Assembly (NCBI GenBank): GCA_964430885.1
Contig: CAYSHM010000022.1
Coordinates: forward strand, 1-53,191
DNA: 53,191 nucleotides
Source: an uncultured archaeon
GTDB taxonomy: Archaea > Thermoplasmatota > Penumbrarchaeia > JASLWR01
Direction of reading: 5' to 3'
Shown: piece after piece, positions 19,423 to 29,900 of the stretch
Layout: every line of letters starts with the position of its first letter
How positions within the stretch are numbered: position 1 is the first letter of the stretch
Notes under the pieces: generated by a model
The model's input: the letters and a program-made list of their open reading frames with translations, nothing else
Database searches by the model: none
Told to the model about the DNA's origin: nothing
Translations under genes and position numbers: made by a program

Positions 19423-20463
19423 ATGTCAAAGGTCTATTATAAAACATTCTCTGGCAAGGAAAAGGTAAAGGATATTCAAAAGATATCCCGAAAGCTCCTT
19501 GAAAAGGTGATCAGAGAAGAGAACGTCCAGCTTGAAAAAGAAATACCCCTCAAAGTCCATTTTGGGGAAGCGGGCAATGTCACCTACCTTAAGCAAAAGA
19601 ACTTTGACGGGGTAATAGATTATCTCGAGGATAATGACATCAAAGCTTTCTTTATCGAGACAAACGTCCTCTACGGCGGGAAGCGGTATAAAGAGGAATT
19701 TCACAGGAGAACTGCAATGAAACACGGGTTCACACGGCTACCGGTAGTTATAGCTGACGGCAGTCACGGCCAGGATTATTATTATGTTGAAATTAATAAA
19801 AAACACTTTGATAAATGCAAGCTCGGGAATGAGTTTTCAAAGTATTCTCAGCTGATAGTACTGGCTCATTTCAAGGGACATGCTTTGGCGGGTTTCGGCG
19901 GTGCTATAAAACAGCTCTCCATGGGGTATGCATCAAAGGGCGGTAAACTGGCGATGCATCTAGGTATCAAACCGCAGATAAAGAATCGAAAATGTGACCG
20001 GTGCCGTCTATGTCAAGAAAGATGTGCCGAAGATGCGATTATATTAGGTAAAAAATCCTATATTGATCATTCTAAATGTGTAGGATGCGGGGCATGCGTT
20101 GCTATATGTCCCCACAGAGCGGTTTCCATTTTTTCCATTAGGGGCATTGGTAAGGCACTGAACTTTTCAGGGTTCCGGGAGAAGCTCGTGGAATATGCCT
20201 ATGCCGCCCAGAAGGGAAAGGACAATATTTATGTCAACTTCGTCATGAACGTCACTTCAGGTTGCGACTGCGAGGGAAAGAAAATGAAGGTGTTGATCCC
20301 GGATGTGGGAATATTGGCCTCCACTGACCCCGTGGCAATAGACAAGGCATGTTTTGACATGGTAAAAAAAGCGGGCAAGAAGTTTCGGGGAATAAAGATC
20401 TTTGCTTATGCAGAAAAGATAGGGCTTGGATCTGCAGATTATGAACTGGTGAAGGTAAATTGA
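19423..20463 (+). CDS. DUF362-domain protein with 2x[4Fe-4S] ferredoxin insert
   Basis: KVHFGE, HFKGH..GFGGAIKQL, CDRCRLCQERCA, CVGCGACVAICP, GCDC and STDPVAIDKA. Confidence 0.9.
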   Translation: MSKVYYKTFSGKEKVKDIQKISRKLLEKVIREENVQLEKEIPLKVHFGEAGNVTYLKQKNFDGVIDYLEDNDIKAFFIETNVLYGGKRYKEEFHRRTAMKHGFTRLPVVIADGSHGQDYYYVEINKKHFDKCKLGNEFSKYSQLIVLAHFKGHALAGFGGAIKQLSMGYASKGGKLAMHLGIKPQIKNRKCDRCRLCQERCAEDAIILGKKSYIDHSKCVGCGACVAICPHRAVSIFSIRGIGKALNFSGFREKLVEYAYAAQKGKDNIYVNFVMNVTSGCDCEGKKMKVLIPDVGILASTDPVAIDKACFDMVKKAGKKFRGIKIFAYAEKIGLGSADYELVKVN

Positions 20464-20547
20464 TTAATCGTCACAATAAAGCGGTTGATTGATCCATGAA
20501 GAATGTTAAAATAACGGTGTGACCGAAATGCTGTTTGGAGAATAAAC

Positions 20548-20808
20548 ATGGAAGAGATTAGTGCAGAACTTGATCTTGGCAAAGGTTTAGACGAGTATGA
20601 ATTCAGCATTGAAAGGAGTGAGAATCCTCCGATCCTGCACATACCGGGAGATCACAGGGGCCCCGATCTCCGCTTTCCCAGGAGACCTGAGCAGGAGAAA
20701 TGGCTGAACAGTCAGGAGCGTTTCATGAAACCCTACTGGTACTGCCAGTGGAAATTCCATGACTTGACCCCATGCCTGGCCTTCGTTGATTACTTGGTGA
20801 AAAAATGA
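20548..20808 (+). CDS. small hypothetical protein or gene fragment
   Basis: ATG with upstream GGAGA. Its stop overlaps the next ATG (ATGA at 20805-20808). No recognisable family. Confidence 0.4.
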   Translation: MEEISAELDLGKGLDEYEFSIERSENPPILHIPGDHRGPDLRFPRRPEQEKWLNSQERFMKPYWYCQWKFHDLTPCLAFVDYLVKK

Positions 20809-21278
20809 AAAGTTTGGTAGTATATTACTCGCGCACAGGGAATACTGAACTTGTGGCCAAAGAGCTTGCGAAAGAACTGGGTTCGGATATTGAAGAGATA
20901 GTTGATATTAAAAAACGGTCAGGATTGATAGGACTTACCGGAGCAGTCATCAATCCTAGGGGTAAGACCGCCATAAAGGAGACTAGGAAAGATCCTAGAG
21001 ATTATGATATTGTAATAATCGGTACACCTATATGGTGGTATACCTGTGCCCCGGGGGTGACGGAATATCTCAAACATAACAGGGATCGTATAAGGAAAAC
21101 TGCCTTTTTCTATACCTGCGGAGCTGACAAAAAGATAAACGCTCTGAAAGATATGGAAGACCATTTGGGAAAGGCTCCAATATGCTATATGGGCATTGAG
21201 AAACCCAAGAAGAATAAAGAAAAATTGGATAAAAAGGTAAAGGATTTCGTCGGGAAACTGAGATCCAAAGCGGTGTAA
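20805..21278 (+). CDS. flavodoxin-like protein
   Basis: MKSLVVYYSRTGNT, GTPIWW and FFYTCG. Paralog of the protein at 12959. Confidence 0.9.
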   Translation: MKSLVVYYSRTGNTELVAKELAKELGSDIEEIVDIKKRSGLIGLTGAVINPRGKTAIKETRKDPRDYDIVIIGTPIWWYTCAPGVTEYLKHNRDRIRKTAFFYTCGADKKINALKDMEDHLGKAPICYMGIEKPKKNKEKLDKKVKDFVGKLRSKAV

Positions 21279-21281
21279 AAA

Positions 21282-21405
21282 TTGGGCAAGAATGTGATAA
21301 TAACCAGTGCAATCGGTATGATAGGCAGAACGGCACTTAAATACGCCTTGAAAAGGAAGGATGTGGACAAGGTAACCATCCTAACAAGGCGCAAAACTGG
21401 AATCC
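21282..21405 (+). pseudogene. N-terminal remnant of an NAD(P)-binding epimerase/oxidoreductase
   Basis: Translates as LGKNVIITSAIGMIGRTALKYALKRKDVDKVTILTRRKTGI, a decayed TGATGMIG Rossmann start. Homology appears to be lost after about 21405 (frame stops at 21449). Confidence 0.65.
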
Positions 21406-21561
21406 AAAGGCGATTTTGTTCTGGAGGATCTCACTTGTCCCGGCCATAATACCAACAGTTTTCTCAAGTTTTTCGGAGGCCTGAACAAGGGAAGACCGAA
21501 TAAGGCGGACCTGAAAAAGGCAGAACTTTTTTCTTTGGATATGATAAAAAGTATTCAATAA
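21406..21561 (+). pseudogene. C-terminal remnant of a flavodoxin-family gene
   Basis: Translates as KGDFVLEDLTCPGHNTNSFLKFFGGLNKGRPNKADLKKAELFSLDMIKSIQ*, matching the C.G......K..GG.NKGRP...DL..A..F ending of flavodoxins. No start codon. Confidence 0.7.
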
Positions 21562-21711
21562 TGATTCAAACCGTCATCATCCAAACCGCCCTCGTTTTCA
21601 TTTTTACTTTCTCGTGCATAATAATATATATCACCATTTCTTACAAGGTATTACATAGTTATTTGAATAATTATTAATGCGTGTTTGAAAAGAAGACTAG
21701 GAGATGAAAAA

Positions 21712-23736
21712 ATGAAAAAGATACTGCCTGCGCTTTTGATAGTGATTTTGTTATTATTGAGCACCTTCATGACAGGGTGCACGGATGATGACGATGAAGA
21801 AGAAGGTGATGAAAATGGAGATGACGGGGATGACGACGACGATAACGGTAATGATGACCCAGGGATCGGAAAACTCGGTGAGGACCTGAGGGATAGACTG
21901 GGAACTACCTACATATTCGGTCTTGAGGAGGTCGAGTACGAGATGATGGCGGACGATATCGACGGCTGGTATTCAAATGCGGTAGACCGTGGGATCACTA
22001 TTGTAGGATTCGAGCTGTTCACAACCGATGGATACACTGTGATAGATTCCGATGTGCTCCGCAGTGCCGGTTTCTCGAAGGATGAGGATTACGGTTATCT
22101 CTTCGGAGACCTTCTGGAGGGCGCGGCAAAATACAACATAACCTTACTGATCATGCTGGAGACCATCGGACACATAGTGGAAGGGTCCAAGGATTATGAT
22201 GAGGACAAAATAGATGATGAGAAGCTGACCACCGATGCATTGAAGGATCTGATAACCGAAATAACCGATGAGGCCAAGAGATACGGTGCCTCCATAGTGG
22301 TTAACGAGGAAGCAATGGTGGATAATTACATGGATGCTGTTAGGGAAGGTGCCACAGCCAATGGAATTCCCTATATGCATTTTTTCGACGACCTTAAGAA
22401 CAGACCCGATATATTCCTTTCAGAGGATTACGGCTACTACCCCTTGGATGCCAAGAATAACAATGCTGATAAGCAGTACTTGACAGACATATACGAATGG
22501 GGCGCCTATCTATGTGAGCTAGGTATGCTTAACATCATGTACGGCAACGCATTTGCAGCCGGAAAGGATTACGGAGTGCTGACGGCCGGTGGATGGGGTA
22601 TGGGCGAGAAGACCCACCAGAACATTGCTCTGCTGCGTGCTGTTCAGTTCGGGGCCCAGGTCTATTTCTTTGTGGCAGCCACAAATGACGACGGTCCCGA
22701 GTTCGCGGGAGAACAGGCCTATGTGGACGGATACAATTTCAAGACCCAGCTTCTGCCCCTTCTCGAGGAGTACGGCCGTGAGGACACGGACAAGGCTAAA
22801 CCCATAGCTAACCTTATCCTAGATACCCCTCCTTTACCCGCAAGCGAGGATGAATCCGATGCATATGATTTCTTCTATGAATCCCGACTCAGTTCTGCAG
22901 GGGCCATAACCAATGCCATGCTTGCAGCCGGTTATGACATAAGGGTGACCCAGCGGACACCTTTTGCTGGTGCTGATCTTTATTATGTTCTTTCATGCGG
23001 TTTGATATGGGGAGACGGTCCTGACATGACCAAGAGCCTCGCAGATCTGGCAGATGGCTCAACTCCTGTTTACTATCAGGCAGCTGGAGAGGTCCCAGAT
23101 GATCAGGACGGCTATCCCAACTGGCATAAGGTTATGAACAAACTCGGATACAGCGATTATTATCCACTGGCCTATGATGAGAATGCCAACGCGAATTTCT
23201 TCGATCCTATACCGCAAACTGTAAGCTATAATTTCACTGCCGGAACGTCCGATGTTAGATACGGAGGCTACACCTTTGGAGTCTGGGATAGTTCAGAGAT
23301 AGGTGAGTTCTCCTGGGAACATTATATCAATTATATGTGGTATGATGATTATGAGGGAGATGTACTGTTAAAGGGTAAAACATGTGCAGATGGCGATGAC
23401 CAGTTCGATGATGATGTGGCTTTGATCTTCAAGGAGGGTAATGTCTATTTCGTTAATGGCGGTTATTTGCATTTGGCAGCATCGTCCATATTGGCCAATA
23501 TCATGGCTGGTGAAACGATCTACAATAAACCCTCATACGGTTACTTTACCAATGGTGAGAGCAGATCTGTCTTCTACGCTCCTTATGATGTGGATATAGA
23601 CCTCAATGTCATGGGCGGTACCAATGTGACAGAATTCGACGAGTCCGGAAACGAGGTGGCCAGCACAGCTGTGAAATTAGAGAACGGCAGGCTCCACGGG
23701 TCCGTTGACAAGTTCCATCTGATAATAGTGAAATAG
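21712..23736 (+). CDS. highly acidic secreted lipoprotein of unknown function
   Basis: SD GGAGA, MKK + hydrophobic core + MTGC lipobox, then an Asp-rich linker and a large globular region. Confidence 0.8.
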   Translation: MKKILPALLIVILLLLSTFMTGCTDDDDEEEGDENGDDGDDDDDNGNDDPGIGKLGEDLRDRLGTTYIFGLEEVEYEMMADDIDGWYSNAVDRGITIVGFELFTTDGYTVIDSDVLRSAGFSKDEDYGYLFGDLLEGAAKYNITLLIMLETIGHIVEGSKDYDEDKIDDEKLTTDALKDLITEITDEAKRYGASIVVNEEAMVDNYMDAVREGATANGIPYMHFFDDLKNRPDIFLSEDYGYYPLDAKNNNADKQYLTDIYEWGAYLCELGMLNIMYGNAFAAGKDYGVLTAGGWGMGEKTHQNIALLRAVQFGAQVYFFVAATNDDGPEFAGEQAYVDGYNFKTQLLPLLEEYGREDTDKAKPIANLILDTPPLPASEDESDAYDFFYESRLSSAGAITNAMLAAGYDIRVTQRTPFAGADLYYVLSCGLIWGDGPDMTKSLADLADGSTPVYYQAAGEVPDDQDGYPNWHKVMNKLGYSDYYPLAYDENANANFFDPIPQTVSYNFTAGTSDVRYGGYTFGVWDSSEIGEFSWEHYINYMWYDDYEGDVLLKGKTCADGDDQFDDDVALIFKEGNVYFVNGGYLHLAASSILANIMAGETIYNKPSYGYFTNGESRSVFYAPYDVDIDLNVMGGTNVTEFDESGNEVASTAVKLENGRLHGSVDKFHLIIVK

Positions 23737-23741
23737 ATAGG

Positions 23742-24926
23742 TCAGACTGAATGGTCCGGCTTTTCCATTCTATTTTTATTTTTCAATAGCAGTACAGTCA
23801 GTATGACAGCGGCAATGCCCATTAGACCGACAAATACTGCAAAGGGCACCTTGAATCCCCATTTATCCGCAGTATAACCAACGAAAAAAGCGGTGTTGCT
23901 TCCAGCAAGAATATTGATAGTCCTGTAGAAACCCAGTTTACCGCCTCTTTCATCATCCTCCCAGTGGCCCATGAGCTGGTAGTTGAACACTACAAATGAA
24001 GCCCCTCCAAGGGATAGAACAAAACTGAACATCAGCATCAGTATGAAGGATTCCAGGTACACAAGAAGGCTCAGGCCGATGATGTTTATGGCGATTATCA
24101 CCAGAAGTATCGCCCTTTGATTGAATTTATCGCACAGCGGCCCTACCACGGATTTGAACAGTATCCCTCCCAGGGAAAGCAGGGCGAAACATATTCCCGA
24201 CTGAAATTCGGAAAGGTTCTTGGTTTCCTGTAAGAAGGTGGGGTAAAAGGAAAGAAAACCCATCCATATGAATGCCATGATGAAGTTAACTAGAAAAACC
24301 GATATGATGAATGGATCAAGCATTGCTTTGGCACTGTTCTTGAGATTGTTCTTCACACTGCCTTTGGTAGGCTGACTTCGTTTGCAGGTGTCCAAGAAAT
24401 GGAACCTGAGGCCTATGAATATCCCGAATATTCCAAAGATCAACAGAATTATACGCCAGTGCAGTACCAATACCAACAGCGGAGCGGTAAATGCCATAAG
24501 TCCCGATAGAGAACCCACGCTGGACTGGATACCTAATGCTCGTCCTCTGTTCTTCCGGTAGAGGTCGGATACAAAGGCTATACCGATGGTCTGGTAGAAA
24601 CCTGTACTAATACCCACAAGGATCATCACACCGAAAAACATGAATGAATTGGCTGAGGCTCCAATGAGCATGAAGGCAATGGAAAATACCAGAACGGCCC
24701 AGGTGAGCACCTTCTGCTTTCCCACCCTGTCCCCCACCACTCCAGATGGAAACTGCATCATACCATAGAAAAGCCACATGGCGGTCATAGCAGCACCGGC
24801 CATAGCGTGGTCCATATGCAGGGTTCCCTCTATCCTTATCAGAAGAACAGAAACAATATGTCTTCCTGCCAGAACCAGAAACCATCCCAGAGAGGCCAAT
24901 GCAAGTGCCAATGTTCTTCTCTTCAT
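23742..24926 (-). CDS. MFS transporter
   Basis: About 12 TM helices, motif A-like GVVGDRVGKQ and GPLCDKFNQR. ATG 24926 has GGGGA upstream. Confidence 0.92.
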   Translation of the reverse strand: MKRRTLALALASLGWFLVLAGRHIVSVLLIRIEGTLHMDHAMAGAAMTAMWLFYGMMQFPSGVVGDRVGKQKVLTWAVLVFSIAFMLIGASANSFMFFGVMILVGISTGFYQTIGIAFVSDLYRKNRGRALGIQSSVGSLSGLMAFTAPLLVLVLHWRIILLIFGIFGIFIGLRFHFLDTCKRSQPTKGSVKNNLKNSAKAMLDPFIISVFLVNFIMAFIWMGFLSFYPTFLQETKNLSEFQSGICFALLSLGGILFKSVVGPLCDKFNQRAILLVIIAINIIGLSLLVYLESFILMLMFSFVLSLGGASFVVFNYQLMGHWEDDERGGKLGFYRTINILAGSNTAFFVGYTADKWGFKVPFAVFVGLMGIAAVILTVLLLKNKNRMEKPDHSV

Positions 24927-24942
24927 GGCAGGTCCCCGGGTT

Positions 24943-25563
24943 CTATCTCTCACCTATCTTCTCTGCAGGATTACCCGCCGCAACAGTGAAAGGTTCCACA
25001 TCCTTTGTCACTACCGATCCAGCCCCCACAACAGCTCCGTCTCCTATTGTCACCCCGGGCATGATTATACTTCGTATTCCAACCCAGCAATCCTTTCCTA
25101 TGATCACAGGTTTTCCGTCGATTGCCCCCTGTTTCAAGAAATGAACATTGGGGTCCCTGAACTGGTGATATCTTGTCATTATTACAGAGAAAGCACTGAT
25201 GCCGCTGTTGTCCCCCATTTTTATAATATTTCCTTCTCCCCCTGGGGCCCAGAGTACTGAGTAAGCGCCTATGACCACATTGTTTCCAAGTTCAATATTT
25301 CCGCTGAGGGATACGTTCCTTCTGAATCTTACCTTTTTTCCCAGCTTAATGTTAGGAGGATAGCCGAAATCGTATTCAGGATATAGAAATGTGACTCCTC
25401 TTTCAATAAGCAGGGGTCTGCTGCTGCCCTTTCTAAGGGGTGCATATCTTTTACGCAGGGAGTGGGCGGTGTTGCCTGGGAGGTTTTTGAAGAAGTTATA
25501 CCACCTAACCTGTTTAGCGATATTTTTATCGTAACCTCCTTTCAGGAGTTTCTTCTCAGCCAC
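24943..25563 (-). CDS. hexapeptide-repeat (LbH) O-acyltransferase
   Basis: PVIIGKDCWVG...PGVTIGDGAVVGAGSVVTKDV...AGNPA. GTG start with SD GGGAGGT. Confidence 0.92.
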   Translation of the reverse strand: MAEKKLLKGGYDKNIAKQVRWYNFFKNLPGNTAHSLRKRYAPLRKGSSRPLLIERGVTFLYPEYDFGYPPNIKLGKKVRFRRNVSLSGNIELGNNVVIGAYSVLWAPGGEGNIIKMGDNSGISAFSVIMTRYHQFRDPNVHFLKQGAIDGKPVIIGKDCWVGIRSIIMPGVTIGDGAVVGAGSVVTKDVEPFTVAAGNPAEKIGER

Positions 25564-25638
25564 TTCATTCAGACCTCCCGTTTCATTTAGGTTTACAGCT
25601 ACCAGTTAGCAAACAAAGTTCATTTGATGCCGCAGGTA

Positions 25639-26883
25639 TTATTTTTTATCCCTGTAGAGTTCTTTTTTAAGTTTTTTTAGTGCATGAATATTACCCTTGA
25701 TTATTCCCTGGTTCCGTATCAGTTCCACATACTGCCTGGCGACTTCTGGGTCGAGTTTCAATACATCCGAGAGGCCCAATTTTTTCTCCATTATTATCTG
25801 GTTATCCCTTGAACCGTGAATAAGATTGCAGTTCCTACATTTCTCCCTGAACTCTCCTGTGATAAGCTCCCTTCTTAGCTTCATCATCTCTGAACAGTTC
25901 CAGAGCTTATCAAGGGAATGGTCATTCAGTGTCCTTTCCAGCTCGATCCCGCCACAGCATACCTGAATACTCCCGTCGGTCCTGACGGTCATTGATGTGA
26001 AGGGCTCCAGGCAGTTATACTTCTGGAGTTTTTCATTGAACCTATGGTCGTCCCCGTACCTGCGGTCCTCAGTTAAGGCGCATCTTCTAGCGGAGAAAAT
26101 TATATCTCTGCTTTTCGCATAATCCCCGGCTTTCTCAAGAAGTTCTCTGGTTCTATCCGGATCACCATAGATGTTCTGCTCCATCATTTCCTCAAAACAT
26201 ATTTGAAGGGGCTGAACCCTAATCTCCCTGGCTCCTATCTCCACAGCCAAGTCAATTAGGTCCGGAAGTTCTAAGAGAGTATCCTTCATGGCAGTATAGC
26301 TCAGGTCGATAACGGGATTGTCACTTCCAAGCTTCTTCTTCATTTTAGAAAGGTCAACAAGGTTCTTCTTCAGCTTCTCAAAGGAAGCGCCTCTGATTTT
26401 TTCATAGCTTTCTTTCCCGTCAACAGATATCTCAATATAGCTCAGTCCGGATAATACCAGTTCCCTAGAGAGGTTCTTGGTAAGAAGCTGTGCGTTCGTG
26501 GTAATTACCGTTGGAATCCCCAATTCGGAGATCCCATTGACCATTTCCGGAAGGTCTGTCTTCAGGAGAGGTTCTCCGCCTCCGCAGAGAGGTACTAGTT
26601 CTGCCTCTTTAACAAATGACATGGCCTTCTCAAAAAGCTTATTGGAAATATCTTTCCCAATGATTGGCTCCTTTCTATATTTGGAATGAAATCCGCACAT
26701 GATGCATCGGATATTGCATCTGGAGGTTACCTCGATAGAAAAAATATGTGGATACGACTGGGCATATCCACTTTCCTCATTTATTCTGATATCATGCTTG
26801 ATATGAGGAGTAGTTCCCGCATGGGACCAATTGCCTTTTTTATCAGGGTTCTTGCCCCCCCGCTCCTGTGTGATGGTATTCAC
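25639..26883 (-). CDS. radical SAM protein with SPASM/twitch domain
   Basis: CNIRCIMC, GGGEP and C-terminal CLEPF...DG...VCC...CRNC. Confidence 0.92.
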   Translation of the reverse strand: MNTITQERGGKNPDKKGNWSHAGTTPHIKHDIRINEESGYAQSYPHIFSIEVTSRCNIRCIMCGFHSKYRKEPIIGKDISNKLFEKAMSFVKEAELVPLCGGGEPLLKTDLPEMVNGISELGIPTVITTNAQLLTKNLSRELVLSGLSYIEISVDGKESYEKIRGASFEKLKKNLVDLSKMKKKLGSDNPVIDLSYTAMKDTLLELPDLIDLAVEIGAREIRVQPLQICFEEMMEQNIYGDPDRTRELLEKAGDYAKSRDIIFSARRCALTEDRRYGDDHRFNEKLQKYNCLEPFTSMTVRTDGSIQVCCGGIELERTLNDHSLDKLWNCSEMMKLRRELITGEFREKCRNCNLIHGSRDNQIIMEKKLGLSDVLKLDPEVARQYVELIRNQGIIKGNIHALKKLKKELYRDKK

Positions 26884-26903
26884 CCTTATATTTCATTGAA
26901 TGC

Positions 26904-29900
26904 TCACATTGGAGGAGGCGGAAGATCGTCCTCATCCAGAGGCACAGGAATTTCAGGTGCTCCTGGGGCCATTGGTTCAGGTGACATTGGAACCTCTGCC
27001 GGAGGTGAATCAGGCGGGATCTCACCGGGAGGCATCATCGCAGGATCGGACATGGGTATCGGTGGTTCGCCCATGGGCTGTTCCTCTGCCATTCCAGGAG
27101 GGGCTTCTGGTGCAGCCGGACCCTGGGGGATCGATTCCAGGGGTGCAGTCATATCCGAAGGGATCTCCTGATCTAAGGGAGCCGTTCCACTTTTATTCCG
27201 TTCAATATCTGAATTTTGCACATCTCCATCATATAATTGTGAGTCTTCGTGGGCAGGATATTGCTCTTCCTCTTGACCGCTAATCTCGTCTTCAATACCG
27301 GTTGTCTGTTCATCTTCTTCTGGGGGATTTTTTCCATCTGAAGTTCCTCTGCTCTCACCTATCAATTCATCACTTTCTTTAAGGCTTTCTTCTCCTTTAT
27401 CTCCGCCTTTCTTCTTCATGAGGATAAATACTATTACCACTATGACGAGAACCACAACAATTATTATAACAATAAGTAGACCTGTGGATAAACCGCCCTC
27501 GTCATCCTTGCCAGTATCCCCTGGTGTGTCATCGTCATCATCTTCTCCGATCTGGGCTTCGATCACGGTTACCAAGACATCATCCTGAGAAGTCAAACCT
27601 GCACCGTCTTTCACAATAAGTGTGACGGTGTAGTTTCCAGGAGTTGAAAATATATATTTGGCTGTAACTCCGAATAGGGTAATTGTTGTATTACCGTAAT
27701 TGAAGGACCAGGTGTAATTCACTATACCCACATTGTCTGAGCTGAAGAAACCGTCAAAGGTAGCATTCTTATACTGTTCCACAGTGAAATTTGTCCCTGC
27801 ATTTGCTTCAGGTGCCGCGGTGTCCAACACGGTTATGGTCAGGTTATCCGTTATGAATCGTCCCGTTCCGTCGCTGATGTTCAATGTCACCAGATATATA
27901 CCTGGAATATCAAATGTGAAATTTACCTCAGTTCCGATAAGACTCATTTCCAAGTCATTATACATAAAGGTCCATTTATAGCTGAAGTCCTCGTCGATTG
28001 CAGCTCCAGAGGCATCCATGAAGCTAGTATCTCCCTGATTCAATGTAATATCGGCCCCGGCTTCGGCCGTTGGCATTTCAGCAACTGGACTTGTAATATT
28101 AAGATTGATGAAGAATCCATCAAGGTTGTCCTCTGCATCTGTCACATTCAGTGTCAATCCATAGATACCAGGGATATTAAAAGTGAAATTGAATATGGGC
28201 CCGTAGATCTTAACCATGCCGCCGTCATAATAGAAGGACCAGGTATAATTGGTAATCCCCAGATTATCGGTGCTTCCCGAAGCGTCAAGCCAGATTGCTT
28301 GGGTTACAGTAAAGTTCAGGACCTTTTCCACAGGACCGGTGGAATTGATAACAATGGCCGAAGGTCTTACAATGTCCAATACGTCTATTTGGAAATTACC
28401 GTTTGATATGGAGGTATCAAGAATATTTCCCAAGGCGTCCTGTGCCCAAATATGATAAAGTAGCTGGGTGGTGTTAATGGGGACGTCTATCAATACACCC
28501 CAGAGATCATCAGCCAGAAACACCATGTCTGCGGATGTATGATTGTTCCCGAAGAATGTGTAATTTGCTTTAACGCTGGTGATGTTGGAGTCGTCAGTGA
28601 TCTTTACTATCAGCTGGAATTCCTGTCCCGTTTGTGGTTCGTTAACTGAGGCTTCCTCTACGAATATTGGTGCATCCATATCGGACTGAACCACATGATC
28701 GATAGATGTTGTTATGTGATTTCCTGATGTATCAGATATATAGAAGCTGTAACTGATATCTCCAAGTATATTACCCACATTGTATGAATGGGTCCAGTTG
28801 CCGCTGTCAATTGCCATTGATTCATTGTACTGATCCCCGCCGTGCACATACCTGACATACACATTATTTAGTTGAATATTATCCCTGCAATTGATCTTGA
28901 AGGTGACATTGTCACCTGCAAAGAAAATCTTTGGGGTATAATCCTGTCCAACAGTGGGTTCATCGTTATCTGTCACTGGGATGCTCACCTGGTTGCTGGT
29001 AACCAGATGACCTGCAAGATCCGTGATATAGAAAGTATAGTTCAATGGTGACAATGAATGTTTGGCACTAATTCCTCTTGACCAAAGGTCATTGAAGAAT
29101 TGCAGGGTTTCATTACCCCCATTTTCCCCATGAGTCCAGTTGACCATCAGAGTATCAAGGAGGAAATTATCTGATGCATTCAATCTGAACCAGAATAGAT
29201 CTCCCGTGGTTGCGGTATCATCGCTCTGGTCATTATTTATCACTGGTTGAGTATTGTCCACAGCAGCATACATCAGGTCATTCAGGCCACTCTGCTTGTA
29301 ATAGGCAATCTGGGGCAGATGGTCGCTTCCCAGGGCCAAGGAATTATATTTTCCTTCGCTTTCCCCAGAATCCACAATGGTGAACTGCCACTCACCCCCT
29401 CCGGCATTGAATGCATACTCCAGATCACCGCTTGTTCCGTTCTGATAAGTGATATGAGGCATATCAAGAATATCAAGGCTCAGGGATGTTGTTCTGCCTG
29501 CTTCTCCCAGTATTTTAACGGTCTCCATCTCCCATTGGGTCATATTGTAGAATGCATATTTGATTTCTCCATTTGTCTCATCGAAATAGCTGATTCTTGG
29601 ATGTTCTGTGGAATTCAGCTCCAAGGAAGCACCCCATCCCACCTCGTCATCTGAATCAACAGCCTCCTTGTGCCAGGCTGCACCGTCCCAATATGCGTAT
29701 TTAAGGTCTCCGTTGTCATTGTCGAAATATGCAATTGCAGGATAACCGCTATCGTTCAGTTCCAGTGATGTGTCAAATCCAACGGCCGCATCTGAATCTA
29801 TGGTGGTGTTTACCCATGCAGCTCCATTGTAATAAACATATTTCAAGGTCAAGTTGTCCCCGTCATGATAGCTTATGTGGGGTTTTCCTGTTTCATTGAT

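Noticed and set aside
24778-25260. 160-aa + strand ORF
   Set aside because: It is antisense to the MFS and acyltransferase genes and has no motif.
26686-27283. Gly/Ser-rich + strand ORFs (161 and 127 aa) as a radical SAM precursor peptide
   Set aside because: They are the antisense read of the Pro-rich tail of the PKD protein and of the radical SAM 5' end.
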